Source of the DNA: the human T2T-CHM13v2.0 reference genome, Homo sapiens
Assembly (NCBI RefSeq): GCF_009914755.1
Contig: NC_060945.1
DNA length: 64,000 bases
Reading direction: 5' to 3' (one strand)
In this document: positions 49,238-64,000 of the stretch, one piece after another
How positions within the stretch are numbered: the stretch's first letter is position 1
Layout: each line of letters opens with the position of its first letter
Translations under genes and position numbers: made by a program
The notes under the pieces: model-generated
The model's input: the letters and a program-made list of their open reading frames with translations, nothing else
Databases searched by the model: none
Told to the model about the DNA's origin: nothing

Positions 49238-50055
49238 TGTGGTATAATAAAAATATATATATATTTGGTATTTGTCCCAGTTCCTGGTACAGAGCTCCCA
49301 AAACCCATGGCATTTCCTGAATGATAGGAGTGTATTTTGTTACTCATCATGAGCCCCTTTCCATGTACTTGAGTTTATGCTAATGAGGTGACTCAAGGTA
49401 GTGCCTCAGATAGTTCAGGAGGAGGTCTCGTCACTGGAAAGACCAAACACCTGATTAGAGGGTTAAGACTTTCAGCCTCATACCTGACCTCCAAGGAGAG
49501 GAGGGGGGCTGGAAATTGAGGTTAGGCACCAATGGCCAGTGGTTGATTTAATTGTACCTACATACCTACATAATGAAACCTTAGTAAAGTCCTTAAAAGA
49601 GGGCATGGGGAGCTTCTGGGCTGACGAACACATTGATGTGCTGAGAAAGTGGCATGCCCAAGGGGATCATGAAGCTCCTCGCGCCCCCCAACCTTCCTAT
49701 GCATCTCTTCCTCTTGGCTGTTTTTGAGTTGTATCCTTTATAATAAATTGGTAATAGTAAGCACTTCCTTGAGTTCCATTGTTTTTCTAGTGAGCCTGAA
49801 GAGGGACTCATGGGAACCCTCTTGTAGTCAGCAGGGCAGGAGTGTGGGTGACCTGTGCACCCCACTTGCAGCTGAAGTGAGGGCAGTCTGGTGGGACTGA
49901 TTCTTTACCCTGTGAGGTCTGCGCTAACTCTGGGAGTTAGTATCAGAACTGAATTGCATTATTGCACACTCATTTTGTGTTGGACAGTTGAATTGATACG
50001 GAAAAATGACAATATTTGGTATTGGAGAAAATCTACACATTGGATGTCAGAAGTA
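49238..50055 (+). mobile_element. MER21-family solo LTR inside an old L1M
   Basis: tgtggtataata...atatttggt...ttcctgg...gagtttatgctaatgaggtgact...tgtcagaagt. Confidence 0.75.
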
Positions 50056-50518
50056 CTTTCAGAAAACTCCACATCGAGTGCCTCAGATTTTCTTACTCTC
50101 ACCAACTTAGGGAGTCAGACTTTCTGAAATGCTTGTATCTTATTATTAGATTTTCCCATCACATTGAACATCTTTGCACTGTTTATTGGGCACATTTATT
50201 GTTTTAGGCCCATGTTGTTACTAGTGACTACAGATCAAGGCAAATACCCCTTAATTTTTCTCTTTTTTCAAAAGCTGTTTTTCCATATCATCTTTATAAT
50301 CAATTCATCTGGTTTCCCTCCACCTCTGATTTTATAGGAATGTTTATTGAGATTGCATTGGATTTAGAGATTTCTAATAGAAATATTGCCAAAATGCCAA
50401 TTCCCCCCAAAGAATGGCCAACTTGTATGGCTCACCATTTACTCACTATTTTACATGGCCTTCAGTAAATATATTTTTTTCTTCTATCTGTCACATTGGA
50501 GGGATGAGAGCGAACTAA

Positions 50519-50833
<315 letters not shown>

Positions 50834-50886
50834 TGAGTAGAACTTTTATTTTAAAATGATTTTTAAAAATGCTTTTTTTCTTTTAG

Positions 50887-50971
50887 TTCTAGTTCACCAT
50901 TGACTTTACCAGCAGATTTGAAGAACATCTTGGAGAAACAGTTTTCTAAATCTTCCAGAGCTGCACACCAG
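50887..50971 (+). CDS. TTC3: TTC3 coding exon 16 (SSSPLTLPADL...RAAHQ)
   Basis: ttttag| ... CAG|gtaatg; 85 nt. Confidence 0.94.
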
Positions 50972-51094
50972 GTAATGGAGAAGCTTTTCCAATGGAAAAA
51001 GCAAAACTCTTTGAACAAAACATTGTTCACATGAATAAGGTTCTAATCATGTACATCTCTAAGTTTTTTTTATATAATTATTGTATTATATTGT

Positions 51095-51206
51095 AGTTTT
51101 GTAGAGATGGGGTCTCACTGTGTTGTCCAGGTTGGTTTCAAACTCCTGGCCTCAAGCAATCCTCTTAAAGTGTTGGGATTACAGGTGTGAGCTATTGCAC
51201 TCAGCT
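51095..51206 (-). mobile_element. FLAM-like Alu monomer
   Basis: ttttgtagagatggggtctcactgtgttg...gggattacaggtgtgagc. Confidence 0.75.
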
Positions 51207-51969
51207 ATTATAGACATATCATTTAATATATATGACTGCTAAGAATCCAATCTATCACTAATTTAAATATTAACTTGATAATTACGTTAGCTAGAGGTTT
51301 AACTAATGATTAGCACTGTGGAATTATTTGCTTCTCAAAGAGTTAACAGTAGTATTAACTTTAAATATTTTTAAAAGATTTAAACACAGTTTCATTATAC
51401 TTATTCTAAAATCATTAGAGGGCAAACTTTTATTCTTTAAATGATTTAACTTAATCAGATAATGTTGTATATAAAATTCTTTTTACGTTACTTCATGATG
51501 GAAAATATACATTAACATGGAATAGAATACTCATTTCAAAACATGTGGATCTTTTTTTAGGTATACATAACAGATATTTTACAAAGAACTAAAATAGATT
51601 CCTAATCATTTGCTTAAAAACATTTTTGAGAATTTCTTAAAGTTGGAGATTTTAAATTATATCTTTTTACATTGATTTTTACTGACTCTAAACACCATGA
51701 AATACTTAAATAGATGACAGCCTGTGAAGATGAAAAGACTATTTAAATAAATATGATCGCTGTTTTTGAGCCTCTGTTTGTTCATTCAACACAGTTTGAT
51801 TGAGGCTCTCTCCATATGCTGGGGAGTGAGAGAGATTGGGTGCACAGTGATATGATTTCGGCCTGCTCTGCTGGAGCTTTCAGGACAGATCATTTATGTC
51901 GTATTGAGGGAAGTGACTTCCAATGAAAGCATGAGGCTGTATGGATCTGATTTCTAGACTGATAAAGAA

Positions 51970-52075
51970 AGCTGGGCATGGTGGCACGTGTCTGTAGTCC
52001 CAGCTCCTCAGGAGGCTGAGGTGAGAGGATTAACCACTGCACTCCAGCCTGGGCAACATAGGAAGGCCCTGTCTT
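51970..52075 (+). mobile_element. Partial Alu right arm
   Basis: agctgggcatggtggcacgtgtctgtagtcccagc...ccactgcactccagcctggg. Confidence 0.75.
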
Positions 52076-52374
52076 ATTTATTTATTATTTTCTTTTGTTT
52101 TCTTTTTTAAGCCTCTCACTAGTTTGGGAGCCCTGTCTCTTTTAAAGAAGAAAGAAAAAGAATGAGAACAAGATTAAAATTGAATGAGTTTATGCAAGGC
52201 TAATAACTAGTATTTGTAGGGCTAGTATATCATCATTTATAACTTCAAGTTCATATCTTAAAACAAGTATGGCTGTCATCGAGCTTTTAAGTTTTTCTGA
52301 AAGCTGCTCTTTTCTATGCATATTCTGGGGAGCGTTCTGCCAAACTTTGATTCATTGGTTCAAAAGCCAGCAGA

Positions 52375-52660
52375 GGCCGGGTGCAGGGTCTCACACCTGT
52401 AATCCCAGCATTTTGGGAGGCCGAGGCAGGCGGATCACAAGGTCAAGAGATTGAAACCATCCTGGCCATCATGGCGAAACCCCATCTCTACTAAAAATAC
52501 AAAAAATTAGCTGGGTGTGGTGGCGTGCACCTGTAGTCCTAGCTACCCAGGAGGCTGAAGCAGGAGAATCGCTTGAACCCCGAGGTGGAGGTTGCAGTGA
52601 GCCGAGATCTGCCACTGCACTCCAGCCTGGACGACAGAGCAAGACTCCATCTCAAAAAAA
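52375..52660 (+). mobile_element. AluS (Sc-like)
   Basis: TSD aaaagccagcaga at 52362-52374 and 52661-52673. Confidence 0.93.
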
Positions 52661-53584
52661 AAAAGCCAGCAGAAGGCTTTTGTTAATGGGTAACCAAACT
52701 GCTTTTTCCTCTGTGATTTGTGCAGTGGGGCCTCCTTTTGGATCTTCATTGTTAGGAATGGTGAGGAATACAACATACATATTTGCATTTGCGGCCCCTT
52801 TGAATGGCGCACACGTGTATAGCAAGGAGTGAGGAGATTTTAGGCTTAATGTCTAGCCTTGCCTCTCCAATCTTTGTGGAACTTTGGTGACTTACAGCTA
52901 TTCCCATGTCACTAAAATATGAATTCAAATTATAATGCGTATTCAAATTACAAAGTTTTTCTCACTTTAAGGGCACATGATAGCAATTTTGTTTTTATTT
53001 TTTATTCCTTATGTTATTCCTTTTGCATTTAACCTATTGTTATCTCTCCCAGTAATTTTATCTACTTATATTCAAATATATGTTAGGCAGGAGTACAGTT
53101 AACAATTACAGTATTTATTTCTTGCTTAGAATTAAGGTTTGTTTCAGAGCAGGATGGCAGTTGTTAAAATCTGGTAGTGATCAGAATATTGATTGTATGT
53201 TCTTAAGTGTCTAATTGTTCTACTCCCAAACAACTTACTTATTTAAATGATGGCTGTTGTTTTTCATATATATTGTTAAAACTTAAAAATACTGTCTGTT
53301 TAGTCTGGAGAGCAAGTGAGGCTTAGTACCATGTAGTGTAAAATGAGCCACCTTTGTCACAGGCAACAGAAGAGGTGTTGCAATTAGGATGGTAAAGCAG
53401 TACCTTTTCATTTTCACTTTAAAAGTGTGGTGCTGAGAAAGGAATATGATGAATAAGGGTAGTTTGGGTATTGATGTAAACATTTTATCATTAGTTATAA
53501 AATATTACTATGAACTTGGCATCTTAGGTTTTAAATTAAAAATGTGTAGATTCAGGTTACTGAAATAGAATTTCTTTTTTCCAG

Positions 53585-53719
53585 GATTTTGCTAATATAA
53601 TGAAAATGCTGAGAAGCTTAATTCAAGATGGCTATATGGCCTTATTGGAGCAGCGTTGCCGCAGCGCTGCACAGGCCTTTACAGAGTTGCTGAACGGTTT
53701 AGATCCTCAAAAAATAAAG
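53585..53719 (+). CDS. TTC3: TTC3 coding exon 17 (DFANIMKMLR...LDPQKIK)
   Basis: tccag| ... AAG|gtaaat; 135 nt. Confidence 0.95.
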
Positions 53720-54021
53720 GTAAATTTGCCATATCATAACTTGTTTATCAATGCTAATGCACCTCAGATGAATGCAGAAGAGAACCAAGGGCTTAACTCA
53801 TTGTAGTAATGTACCTAAGACCTTGCTGAGATTGGCTGAATCTACTTCAGGTTATGGGAAGCAGGTACTGCTCCAATTCAGACTTCATGAGTATGTTCAG
53901 TATGTGATCCATGTTTATATTCTCTCCTTGACTATAGTTTAGGGTCATTAGAACTGGCTTTTTCTCTGAATCAAGGTTTTCAACTATCTTTAGTCACACC
54001 TTTTCACCCAGGAAGAAAGTA

Positions 54022-56504
54022 CAGGCACACCTCGTTTCATTATGCTTTGCTTTATTGTACTTTGCAGACAATGCATTTGTTACAAATTGAAGATTTGTGG
54101 CAACCCTGTGTCAAGCAAGTCTGTTTTCTGAAAGCATGTGCTCACCTCATGTCTCTGTGTCACATTTTGGTAATTCTCACAATATGTCAAACTTTTTCAT
54201 TATCATTATCACTGTATCTGTGATCAGTGATCTTTGATGTTACTATTGTAATTATTTTGGGGCACTACAATCTGTGCCTATGTAAGAAAGGGAACTTAAT
54301 AAATTGTGTGTGTGTGTTCTGAGTGCTCTGCCAACCAGCTGTTATCTCCACCCCCTTCCTTAAGTCTCCCTGTTCCCTGAGACACGATATTGAAATTAGG
54401 CCAATTAATGACCCTACAATGGCCTCTAAGTATTCAAGTGAAAGGAAGAGTTGCACGTCTCTCACTTTAAATAAAAAACTAGAATGATTAAGCTTCGTGA
54501 GGAAGGTATGTTGAAAGCCAAGACAGGCAGAAAGCTAGTCCTCTTGTGCCAAATAGCCAAATTGTGAATGCAAAGAAACAGTTTTTGAAGGAAATTAAAA
54601 GTGCTACTTCAGTGAACACATGAATGACAAGAAAGTGAAACAACTTTCTTGCCGATGCAGAGAGTCTTAGTGGTCTGGGTAGAAGATCAAACCAGCCACA
54701 ACATTCTCTTAAGCCAGAGCCTAATCCAGAGCAAGACTCTAACTCTTCTATTCTGTGAAGGCTGAGAGAGGTGAGGAAGCTGCAGAAGAATAGTTTGAAA
54801 CTAGCAGAAGTTGGTTCATGAGATTTAAGGAAAGAAGCTATTTCCATAACATAAAAGTGCAAGGTGAAGCAGCAAGTGCTGATGGAGAAGCTGCAGTAAG
54901 TTATCGAGATCTAGTGAAGATCATTGATGAAGGTGGCTACGCTAAACAACAGATTGTCAATGGAGACTAAACAACCTTCTGTTGGAAGAAGATGCCATCT
55001 AGGACTTTCATAGCTAGAGAGAAGTCAGTGTCTGGTTTCAAAGCTTCAAAAAGGATGGGCTCATTACTCATTAGGGGCTGATGCAGCTGGTGACTTAAGT
55101 TGAAGCCAGTGCTCATTTATGTTCCAAAAATCCTCAGGCCCTTAAGAATTATGCTAATTCACTCTGCCTGGAGCCCTAGAAATGGAACAACAAAGCATGA
55201 ATGGCAGCACATCTGTTTACAGCATGGTTTACTAAGTACTTTAAGCCCACTGTTGAGACCTACTGCTAGAATAAAAGATTCTTTGCAAAATACTATTGCT
55301 CATTGACAATGCACCTGATTGCCCAGGAGATGTGGTGTACATGTACAAGGAGATGAATGTTGTTTTCATGCCTGGTAACACAATATCCATTCTGTAGCCT
55401 ATGGATCAAGGAGTCATTTTGACTTTCAAGTCTTATTATTTAAGAAACATATTTTATAAGGCTATAGCTGCCATAGTGATTCCTCTGTTGGATCTGGACA
55501 AAGTAAATTGAAAACCTTCTGGAAAGGATCACCACTCTAGATACCATAAAGAACATTCATGATGCATGTGAGAGATCAAAATATCAACATTTACAGGAGT
55601 TTGGAAGAAGTAAATTCCAGCCCTCATGGATGACTTTGAGGGGTTCAGGACATTAGTGGAGGAAGTCACTGCAGATGTGGTGGAACAAGCAAGAGAATTA
55701 GAAGTGGAGCCTGAAGATGTGACTGAATTGCTGCAACCTCAGGATAAAACTTGAAGGGATAAGGAGTTGCTTTTTATACATGAACAAAAAAAGTCATTTC
55801 TTGAAATGGAATCTACTCCTTGTGAAGATGCTGGAATATTGTTGAAATGAGAAACTTAGTTGATCAAGCAGTGGCAGGATTTGAGAGGATTCACTCCAAT
55901 TTTGAAAGAAGTTCTAGTGTGGGTAAAATACTGTCAAACAGCATCACACATTACAGAGAAACCTTTTCTGAAAGTAAGAGTCAATCAGTATGACAGACTT
56001 CATTGTCTTATTTTAAGAAATTGCCACAGCACCTTAATTTTCAGGAACTACCACCCTGAACAGTTAGCAGTCATCAATATCAAGGCAAGACCATCCACCA
56101 ACAAAAAGATTATGACTCACTAGAAATACCCAGTGTAGATGACGGTTGATGGGTGCAGCAAACCACTGTGGCACGTGTTATACCTGTGTAACAAACCTGC
56201 ACGTTCTTCTGCACATGTATCCCAGAACTTAAAGTATAATTTTAAAAAAAGTTTAAAAAAAGATTATGACTCAGTAAACCCTCAGATGATCATTAGCATT
56301 TGTAGCAATAAAGTCTTAAATTAAGGTGTGTACATTGTTTAATGGACGTAATGCTACTACACACTTAATAAACTACAGTATCGCTAAAACATAACTTTAA
56401 TATGCACTGGGAAACCCACAAGTTTGTGAGACTCACTTGATTGTGATATTTGCTTTATTGTGATGCTCCAGAGCCGAGCCCACAGTATCTCTGAGGTATG
56501 CCTA
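54022..56504 (+). mobile_element. Tigger1 DNA transposon, near full length, decayed
   Basis: TIRs caggcacacctc / gaggtatgcct, TA TSD, decayed pogo-like transposase sequence. Confidence 0.92.
56120..56256 (+). mobile_element. Short 5'-truncated L1PA (PA7/8-like) 3' end nested in Tigger1
   Basis: gtagatgacggttgatgggtgcagcaaacc...cccagaacttaaagtataat; TSD aaaaagattatgactca at 56103-56119 and 56257-56273. Confidence 0.9.
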
Positions 56505-56838
56505 TAATAGCTAAGTAAATGTCTTAATCTGTCACTAGTACTGCTTATATGCAAAATAATATGACTTTAATTATAAATTAATCTATTATGAATCATGCCT
56601 CAAGGAACTCTGAGACAGTGATTCTGTGTTTTAAATAGCAGGATAACTGCTTTATTGGAACAAAAATCTCTTTTCTAATTTGATTTGGCCAATCATATTG
56701 ATTAGTGAGATTTTATGACAATCATTGATTCGTAAGATTGATTAGTGAGATTCTATTACACTTCTTTTTCTGTTGTGACTGGATGCAAATTGGGCAGAAT
56801 TATATTCAGATTTTTAACTGAGGCATTTTTATTGACAG

Positions 56839-56919
56839 CAATTGAACCTGGCCATGATTAACTATGTTTTGGTCGTCTATGGACTTGCCATTTCTCTCCT
56901 TGGAATAGGACAGCCTGAG
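56839..56919 (+). CDS. TTC3: TTC3 coding exon 18 (QLNLAMINYV...GQPE)
   Basis: gacag| ... GAG|gtaaga; 81 nt. Confidence 0.95.
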
Positions 56920-58765
56920 GTAAGATTTGTAACAGTGGTAATAAACAATTAAAATGATATTGACATATCTTATAAAAATTATTTTCTCATTTTTACCCAT
57001 TTTCTTCTCTGTACCTTCTGATAATTTTGTCTGAAATATCTCAGTTTAATTTAGTTTGTGTTTTTAAAGAATATTTAGTTTCCTATTAGAAAAAGGCTTT
57101 GCCAGGCAATCAGTGGGAATCTACTTTTTATTTGTGTAAAAATTAGTATGTAATGTATCATGATTGATAGATTTCAGAAACATAATCTTGAGGGAAAGGC
57201 AAGTTGGAGGACATAAACATTGTGATCCCACTTATATACTTTTTGGAAAACATACATAACAGTACTATATACTGTTTATGAATTCTGTGCATCTTGTAAA
57301 AAAGTGAAAAAATATGGATTATGTTTATATAAAATTTAAGATAATGGCTGCCTTTAGTGATGGCCAGGAGGGAATGGACCTGGGGAGGTTTCGTGTTATG
57401 CTGTTTTCCTAGAAAAACAAAGGTAACAATGATAACGTTAGTATCTCTTATTTGTACGTAGAAAGTACTTGGATATTGTATTATTTCTAGATTGCAGGCT
57501 TCCTATAACTGCATGTAGTCAGTGTATAGACATGAGCTCCCAGGATTTCCATTAGTCATGCTCCTGCCTGGCTCTCCTGGAATGTTTACCTACCTATACT
57601 GTTTGGCATTATAACTTTGCTTTCTGAGGTTTTGAGTTTGCTATAAATGTTGAAATGCTCTAGAATTACCTCAAGTATAATATATAATTTGGTCTCTATT
57701 TTTCCCTGTCTAGATGAAGGTTTAACTCTAACTTGCCACCTAGTGAGGATCTAAGTAGTCTTTTACGTTCTGTTCTCTCCCAGAAGTTGACAGTGCCCAA
57801 GATTCATTTTCCTTGATCTCAGTGTCACAGATTAATAATGTCTCCCATGAATGCTCTCTAATTCTATTTTCCAAGAGACAGTTGGAGACAGAACTTCATG
57901 ATTTTCATTTTATTCCTGACAGAATAATAATAAATACCATATTTTACCTTATTAGAATTGAAGAAATCATTTATTACATTTGTGATTTAATGTAAAATAG
58001 CGAGACTGATTTAGAAAAAAAAAATGTGTTATAGTAGAACTTACATGTTTAAAAGAATTTCATCAGAGGACAGCCCTTGCTTCAAACGTTTTTAGAATGC
58101 CTCCTTTGGAACTGGCCTCAAAGCTCCATTTTGTAGTGACATTTCTTTTTTTCACTCACAGTAGGGTTACCAGTATTTCTTAGAACTATGTATCTTTTGG
58201 ATGTTTTCCAAAAACAAAATTCATTCAACTTAGTGGTTTTTCACTGTTGAGAATATTCAAAAAAGAATGTACTCTAAGCTATGTTAAGTGTTTACTAATG
58301 GGCTGTTTTTAAGACAGAGCTTTCATCCGTCTTGTGCCACAAAAGACTGTGACAACGTCATTGGAATGGCATTCCTTCCAAGGGATTAGCACTTAATAGG
58401 ATCTATGTTATGGTGTGTTTACACCATAATTAGCCTTTTTTAAAAAACAAAAACAAAAACACGATTTGACTCTTTTTAGTATTAGCCAGCACACGCCAGG
58501 CCCTTAGTGCGTACTAGTAAATGCTTATAGGTTGATTGTCTGATGTGTTCAGCAGGATTGGTTTGGTTGTGTCTCTGACTATCCATATGATCAGAAATTT
58601 ATATAATTCCTAAGAAAGTGAAACACAGAGGTATAATTTTGCCACAGGAATTTGGGGATATGCAGTTGTTATTTTAATATTATAAAAAAAATCAACCTTT
58701 AGATAAAATTTATTTCAGTATTTCTCTTTGTATGTAAGTGATCATTGTTTTCACTGCTATTCAAG

Positions 58766-58878
58766 GAATTATCTGAAGCCGAAAACCAGTTTAAGAGGAT
58801 TATTGAACACTACCCCAGTGAGGGCCTTGATTGCTTGGCCTACTGTGGAATTGGAAAAGTATATTTGAAAAAAAACAG
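58766..58878 (+). CDS. TTC3: TTC3 coding exon 19 (ELSEAENQFK...VYLKKN)
   Basis: tcaag| ... AG|gttagt; 113 nt; TPR-like AYCGIGKVY. Confidence 0.94.
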
Positions 58879-59692
58879 GTTAGTAGAAATGACACTACTT
58901 TAAGCTCTAGGCTGGTAACTCATTTAAAATCCAATGTGATAATGATCCATTTTCTAGAATTATTTTGATATCTCCTCTGTAGCACACTATCATAATTGTG
59001 ATTTACTTTGAGGACCTGAAATTTCACTATCAGTATTAATTGTTAAAGCAAGGCCAGTCATTGCAGTTCTTGGTACTTCCTGATTTTAAATCTAATAAGT
59101 CAACAATATAGTAATTTGACATTAAAGATTTAATAGTCTAGTGTATAATCATCTATAGATAGTGAGTGAATTGATATAAACTAATGTTTTTAAAATCTGA
59201 TTGTTTAATTTTTTTGATTTAATTATTTTTTAAAAATCTGTATGAAGATGGTTTTAAATAAGAGGTATATATGTGTTCAAAGACATCATGAGTGAGTTAG
59301 GAATATAAAAGTCTGTCCTCTGAACTCTATTGTAGTTGTAATCCTTACCTGCAGTTTAATATTGAAGCTGTTCTCTAAATGCCTCATGTCTCTTAGTCTT
59401 GTCTCCCCGAATGTCAGTATGTCCCTGAGGGGACAGGATTATGTCTTGAGCTTTAAAAAAAGAAAATCTGTTTCTGCCACTTGTACCCAATATAGAGGTA
59501 GGTATGTTAGATTATAAAGAAATAATTGTTGACTGATTGAATATTATTTATAATTTCTAACTGTCTTTAAATTTTCATGTAACTTGTTAGGGGAAATTTT
59601 ATGAGATTTTGGGGAATCCCCCCCCCAGCCATCTTAGAATGTGCCTAGAACCTCCTTTATAGTTTTTTTTAAATTAAAGAAAGTTTTTTTTT

Positions 59693-59989
59693 GGCCAGGC
59701 ACAGTGGCGCACACCTGGAATCCCAGCACTTTGGGAGGCCAGTGGGTGAATCACTTGAGGTCAGGAGTTTGAGACCAGCCTGACCAATATGTTGAAACCC
59801 TGTCTGTACTAAAAATACAAAAATTAGCTGGGTGTGGTGGTGCGTGCCTGTAGTTCCAGCTACTCAGGAGGCTGAGGCAGAAAGAATCACTTGAACCCAG
59901 GAGGCGGAGGTTGCAGTGAGCTGAGATTGCACCACTGTACTCCAGCCTGGGCGACAGAGTGAGACTCCATCTCAAAAACAGCAATAACA
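59693..59989 (+). mobile_element. AluS whose tail is interrupted by an L1
   Basis: Full dimer; tail aaaaacagcaataaca runs straight into L1 ORF2 sequence. Confidence 0.92.
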
Positions 59990-62455
<2,466 letters not shown>

Positions 62456-62729
62456 TATATATATATAAACAACAAACAACAAAAAAGTGTACACCTGCCA
62501 CAATAAAGCCAGTGTCCAAGACGAGTTGTGTTTAATGTATATTACTTTTATAGCAAACAGCAATAGTGACTTTGTTTTTTTAAAGAAAATTTAGGTTACA
62601 TTGAATATTGCTGTTCAGTGATTCATCAAATGTATTCGTCCCAGTAAGCTTGAGATCTTTGGTGACTTTTGAAGGGAGTGAAAATACCATTTTACATCTT
62701 TAATGCCTTTTTCATAATTATGACTTTAG

Positions 62730-62850
62730 ATTTCTAGAAGCTCTCAATCACTTTGAGAAAGCAAGAACCTTGATTTATCGTCTTCCTGGAGTGTTAACTT
62801 GGCCCACGAGTAATGTGATTATTGAAGAGTCTCAGCCACAAAAAATAAAG
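62730..62850 (+). CDS. TTC3: TTC3 coding exon 20 (FLEALNHFEKA...SQPQKIK)
   Basis: tttag| ... AAG|gtaacc; 121 nt. Confidence 0.95.
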
Positions 62851-62994
62851 GTAACCATTTATTTTTGCAGAGTGTTTCTTACTGTGAATGCTTATCTGCA
62901 TTGACTGACTCAGGTATCAGGAGGCGGAGAGGTAGGAGCATTCCATCCCCACCTCCCTTACACGCATTTCCCCTCTACTGTCTAATGAGAATCT

Positions 62995-63230
62995 CTGACA
63001 TTTATTGAATGTTTTCTGTGTGCCAGTGTGTACCTTCATTTATCATTATGCTTAATCCTTATAGCAGCCCCGTGCAGGGGGGCACTGTGATCATTCCCAT
63101 TTTACAGATGAGGAAGGTTAAGTTTAGAGAGGTGAAATGATGCACTCAAGGTGAAACAGCAAGCAAATTGTGGTCCTGGAACTTGAGTCCAGGCATTCTG
63201 ACTTCTGAGTATGCATGATCATGCACTCTG
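62995..63230. mobile_element. MIR
   Basis: cccattttacagatgaggaa...agagaggtgaaatga. Confidence 0.75.
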
Positions 63231-63484
63231 CTGGACTTGGTTGTACTTAGAGGAAGGTATAGTATTGTTGTTTCATCATAAAGTTACCACAGTTACTGAG
63301 ATGGTACTTGAAGATTTAGAAAAATATGAATTTAGTCTCATATCCAGAAGCATAAAGATGCTTTGCTTGTTCTAGAAAGACTTACGTGTGAAATGACTGA
63401 GATAGGCTTTTACTTGTAGTGAACTCTCACATGTACTCAGAACTTGATTTTGGCTGAAGCTTTTAAAATCACAGAAGTCAACTT

Positions 63485-63802
63485 TTACAACTCAATAATA
63501 AAAAGACAAATAATCTAAGAAGTAGTCAAAGGATCTGAATAGACATTTCTGCAACGAAGATATACAAATGGCCAAAATTAGCACATGAAAAGACATTCAG
63601 CATCATTAGCTATCAGAGAAACACAAATCAAAACCACAGTGAGATACCACTTCACACTCATTAGGATGTGGGCAGACAATAAATATTGGCAAGGGTGTAG
63701 AAAAATGGGAACATTCAGACACTGCTGGTGGTAATGTGTAATGATGCAGCTGCTTTGGAAAATAGTCTGGCAGTTCCTCAAACAGTTAAACATAGAGTTA
63801 CC
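63485..63802 (+). mobile_element. Old L1M ORF2 3' fragment
   Basis: gaagatatacaaatggcca...aaaccacagtgagataccacttcac...ggcagttcctcaaacagttaaacatagagttacca. Confidence 0.8.
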
Positions 63803-64000
63803 ATGTCTCAGTCCATTTGTGTTGCTATAAAGAAGTACCTGAGACTGGTGATTTATGAAGAAAAGTTGGCTTATGGTTTTGCAGGCTGTATAAGAAGCAT
63901 GGTGTCAGCACCTGCTGGTGAAGGCCTTCAATAGCTCCTACTCATGTCAGAAGGCGTAGGAGAGCCTGTCTGTAGAGATCATATAGTGAGAGACAGGGAA
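63803..64000 (-). mobile_element. MST-type MaLR LTR (truncated by window end)
   Basis: tgtctcagtccatttgtgttgctataaagaagtacctgagactgg. Confidence 0.78.

Noticed and set aside
54400-55900. Tigger1 transposase as a domesticated gene
   Set aside because: No long ORF in the six-frame track; decayed.
63069-63088. CTCF-like ccgtgcaggggggcactg
   Set aside because: Imperfect match inside a MIR; no other support.

Overview
Eukaryotic (human or very close hominoid) genomic DNA. It contains the 5' coding part of TTC3 (TPR-repeat RING E3 ligase gene, chr21q22 Down syndrome region) on the + strand. I traced 20 GT-AG coding exons from the ATG at 5442 to 62850. They splice in frame into 1893 nt (631 codons: MDNFAEGDFT...EESQPQKIK), and the gene continues past the window; the promoter and first non-coding exon are not evident here. 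The introns are repeat-rich: about 22 Alus, a full-length sense-strand L1PA4-type element with TSD (27283-33420), a 5'-truncated L1PA (59990-62455), a full-length Tigger1 with a nested L1 tail, MER21 and MaLR LTRs, MADE1, MER5, MER46A, MIR, L2 and old L1M fragments. Subfamily names come from remembered consensus features, not a database search. The most notable observations are: (1) two candidate stop-introducing microexons inside the TPR-coding region (14253-14268 and about 19520-19538); (2) two L1s 27 kb apart that share many non-consensus changes, including a stop and a frameshift, while differing at neighbouring subfamily-type sites; (3) a 630-640 bp intronic duplication with a templated, iterated junction; (4) an open L1 ORF0; (5) tandem splice sites and inverted-Alu layouts compatible with circRNA formation.
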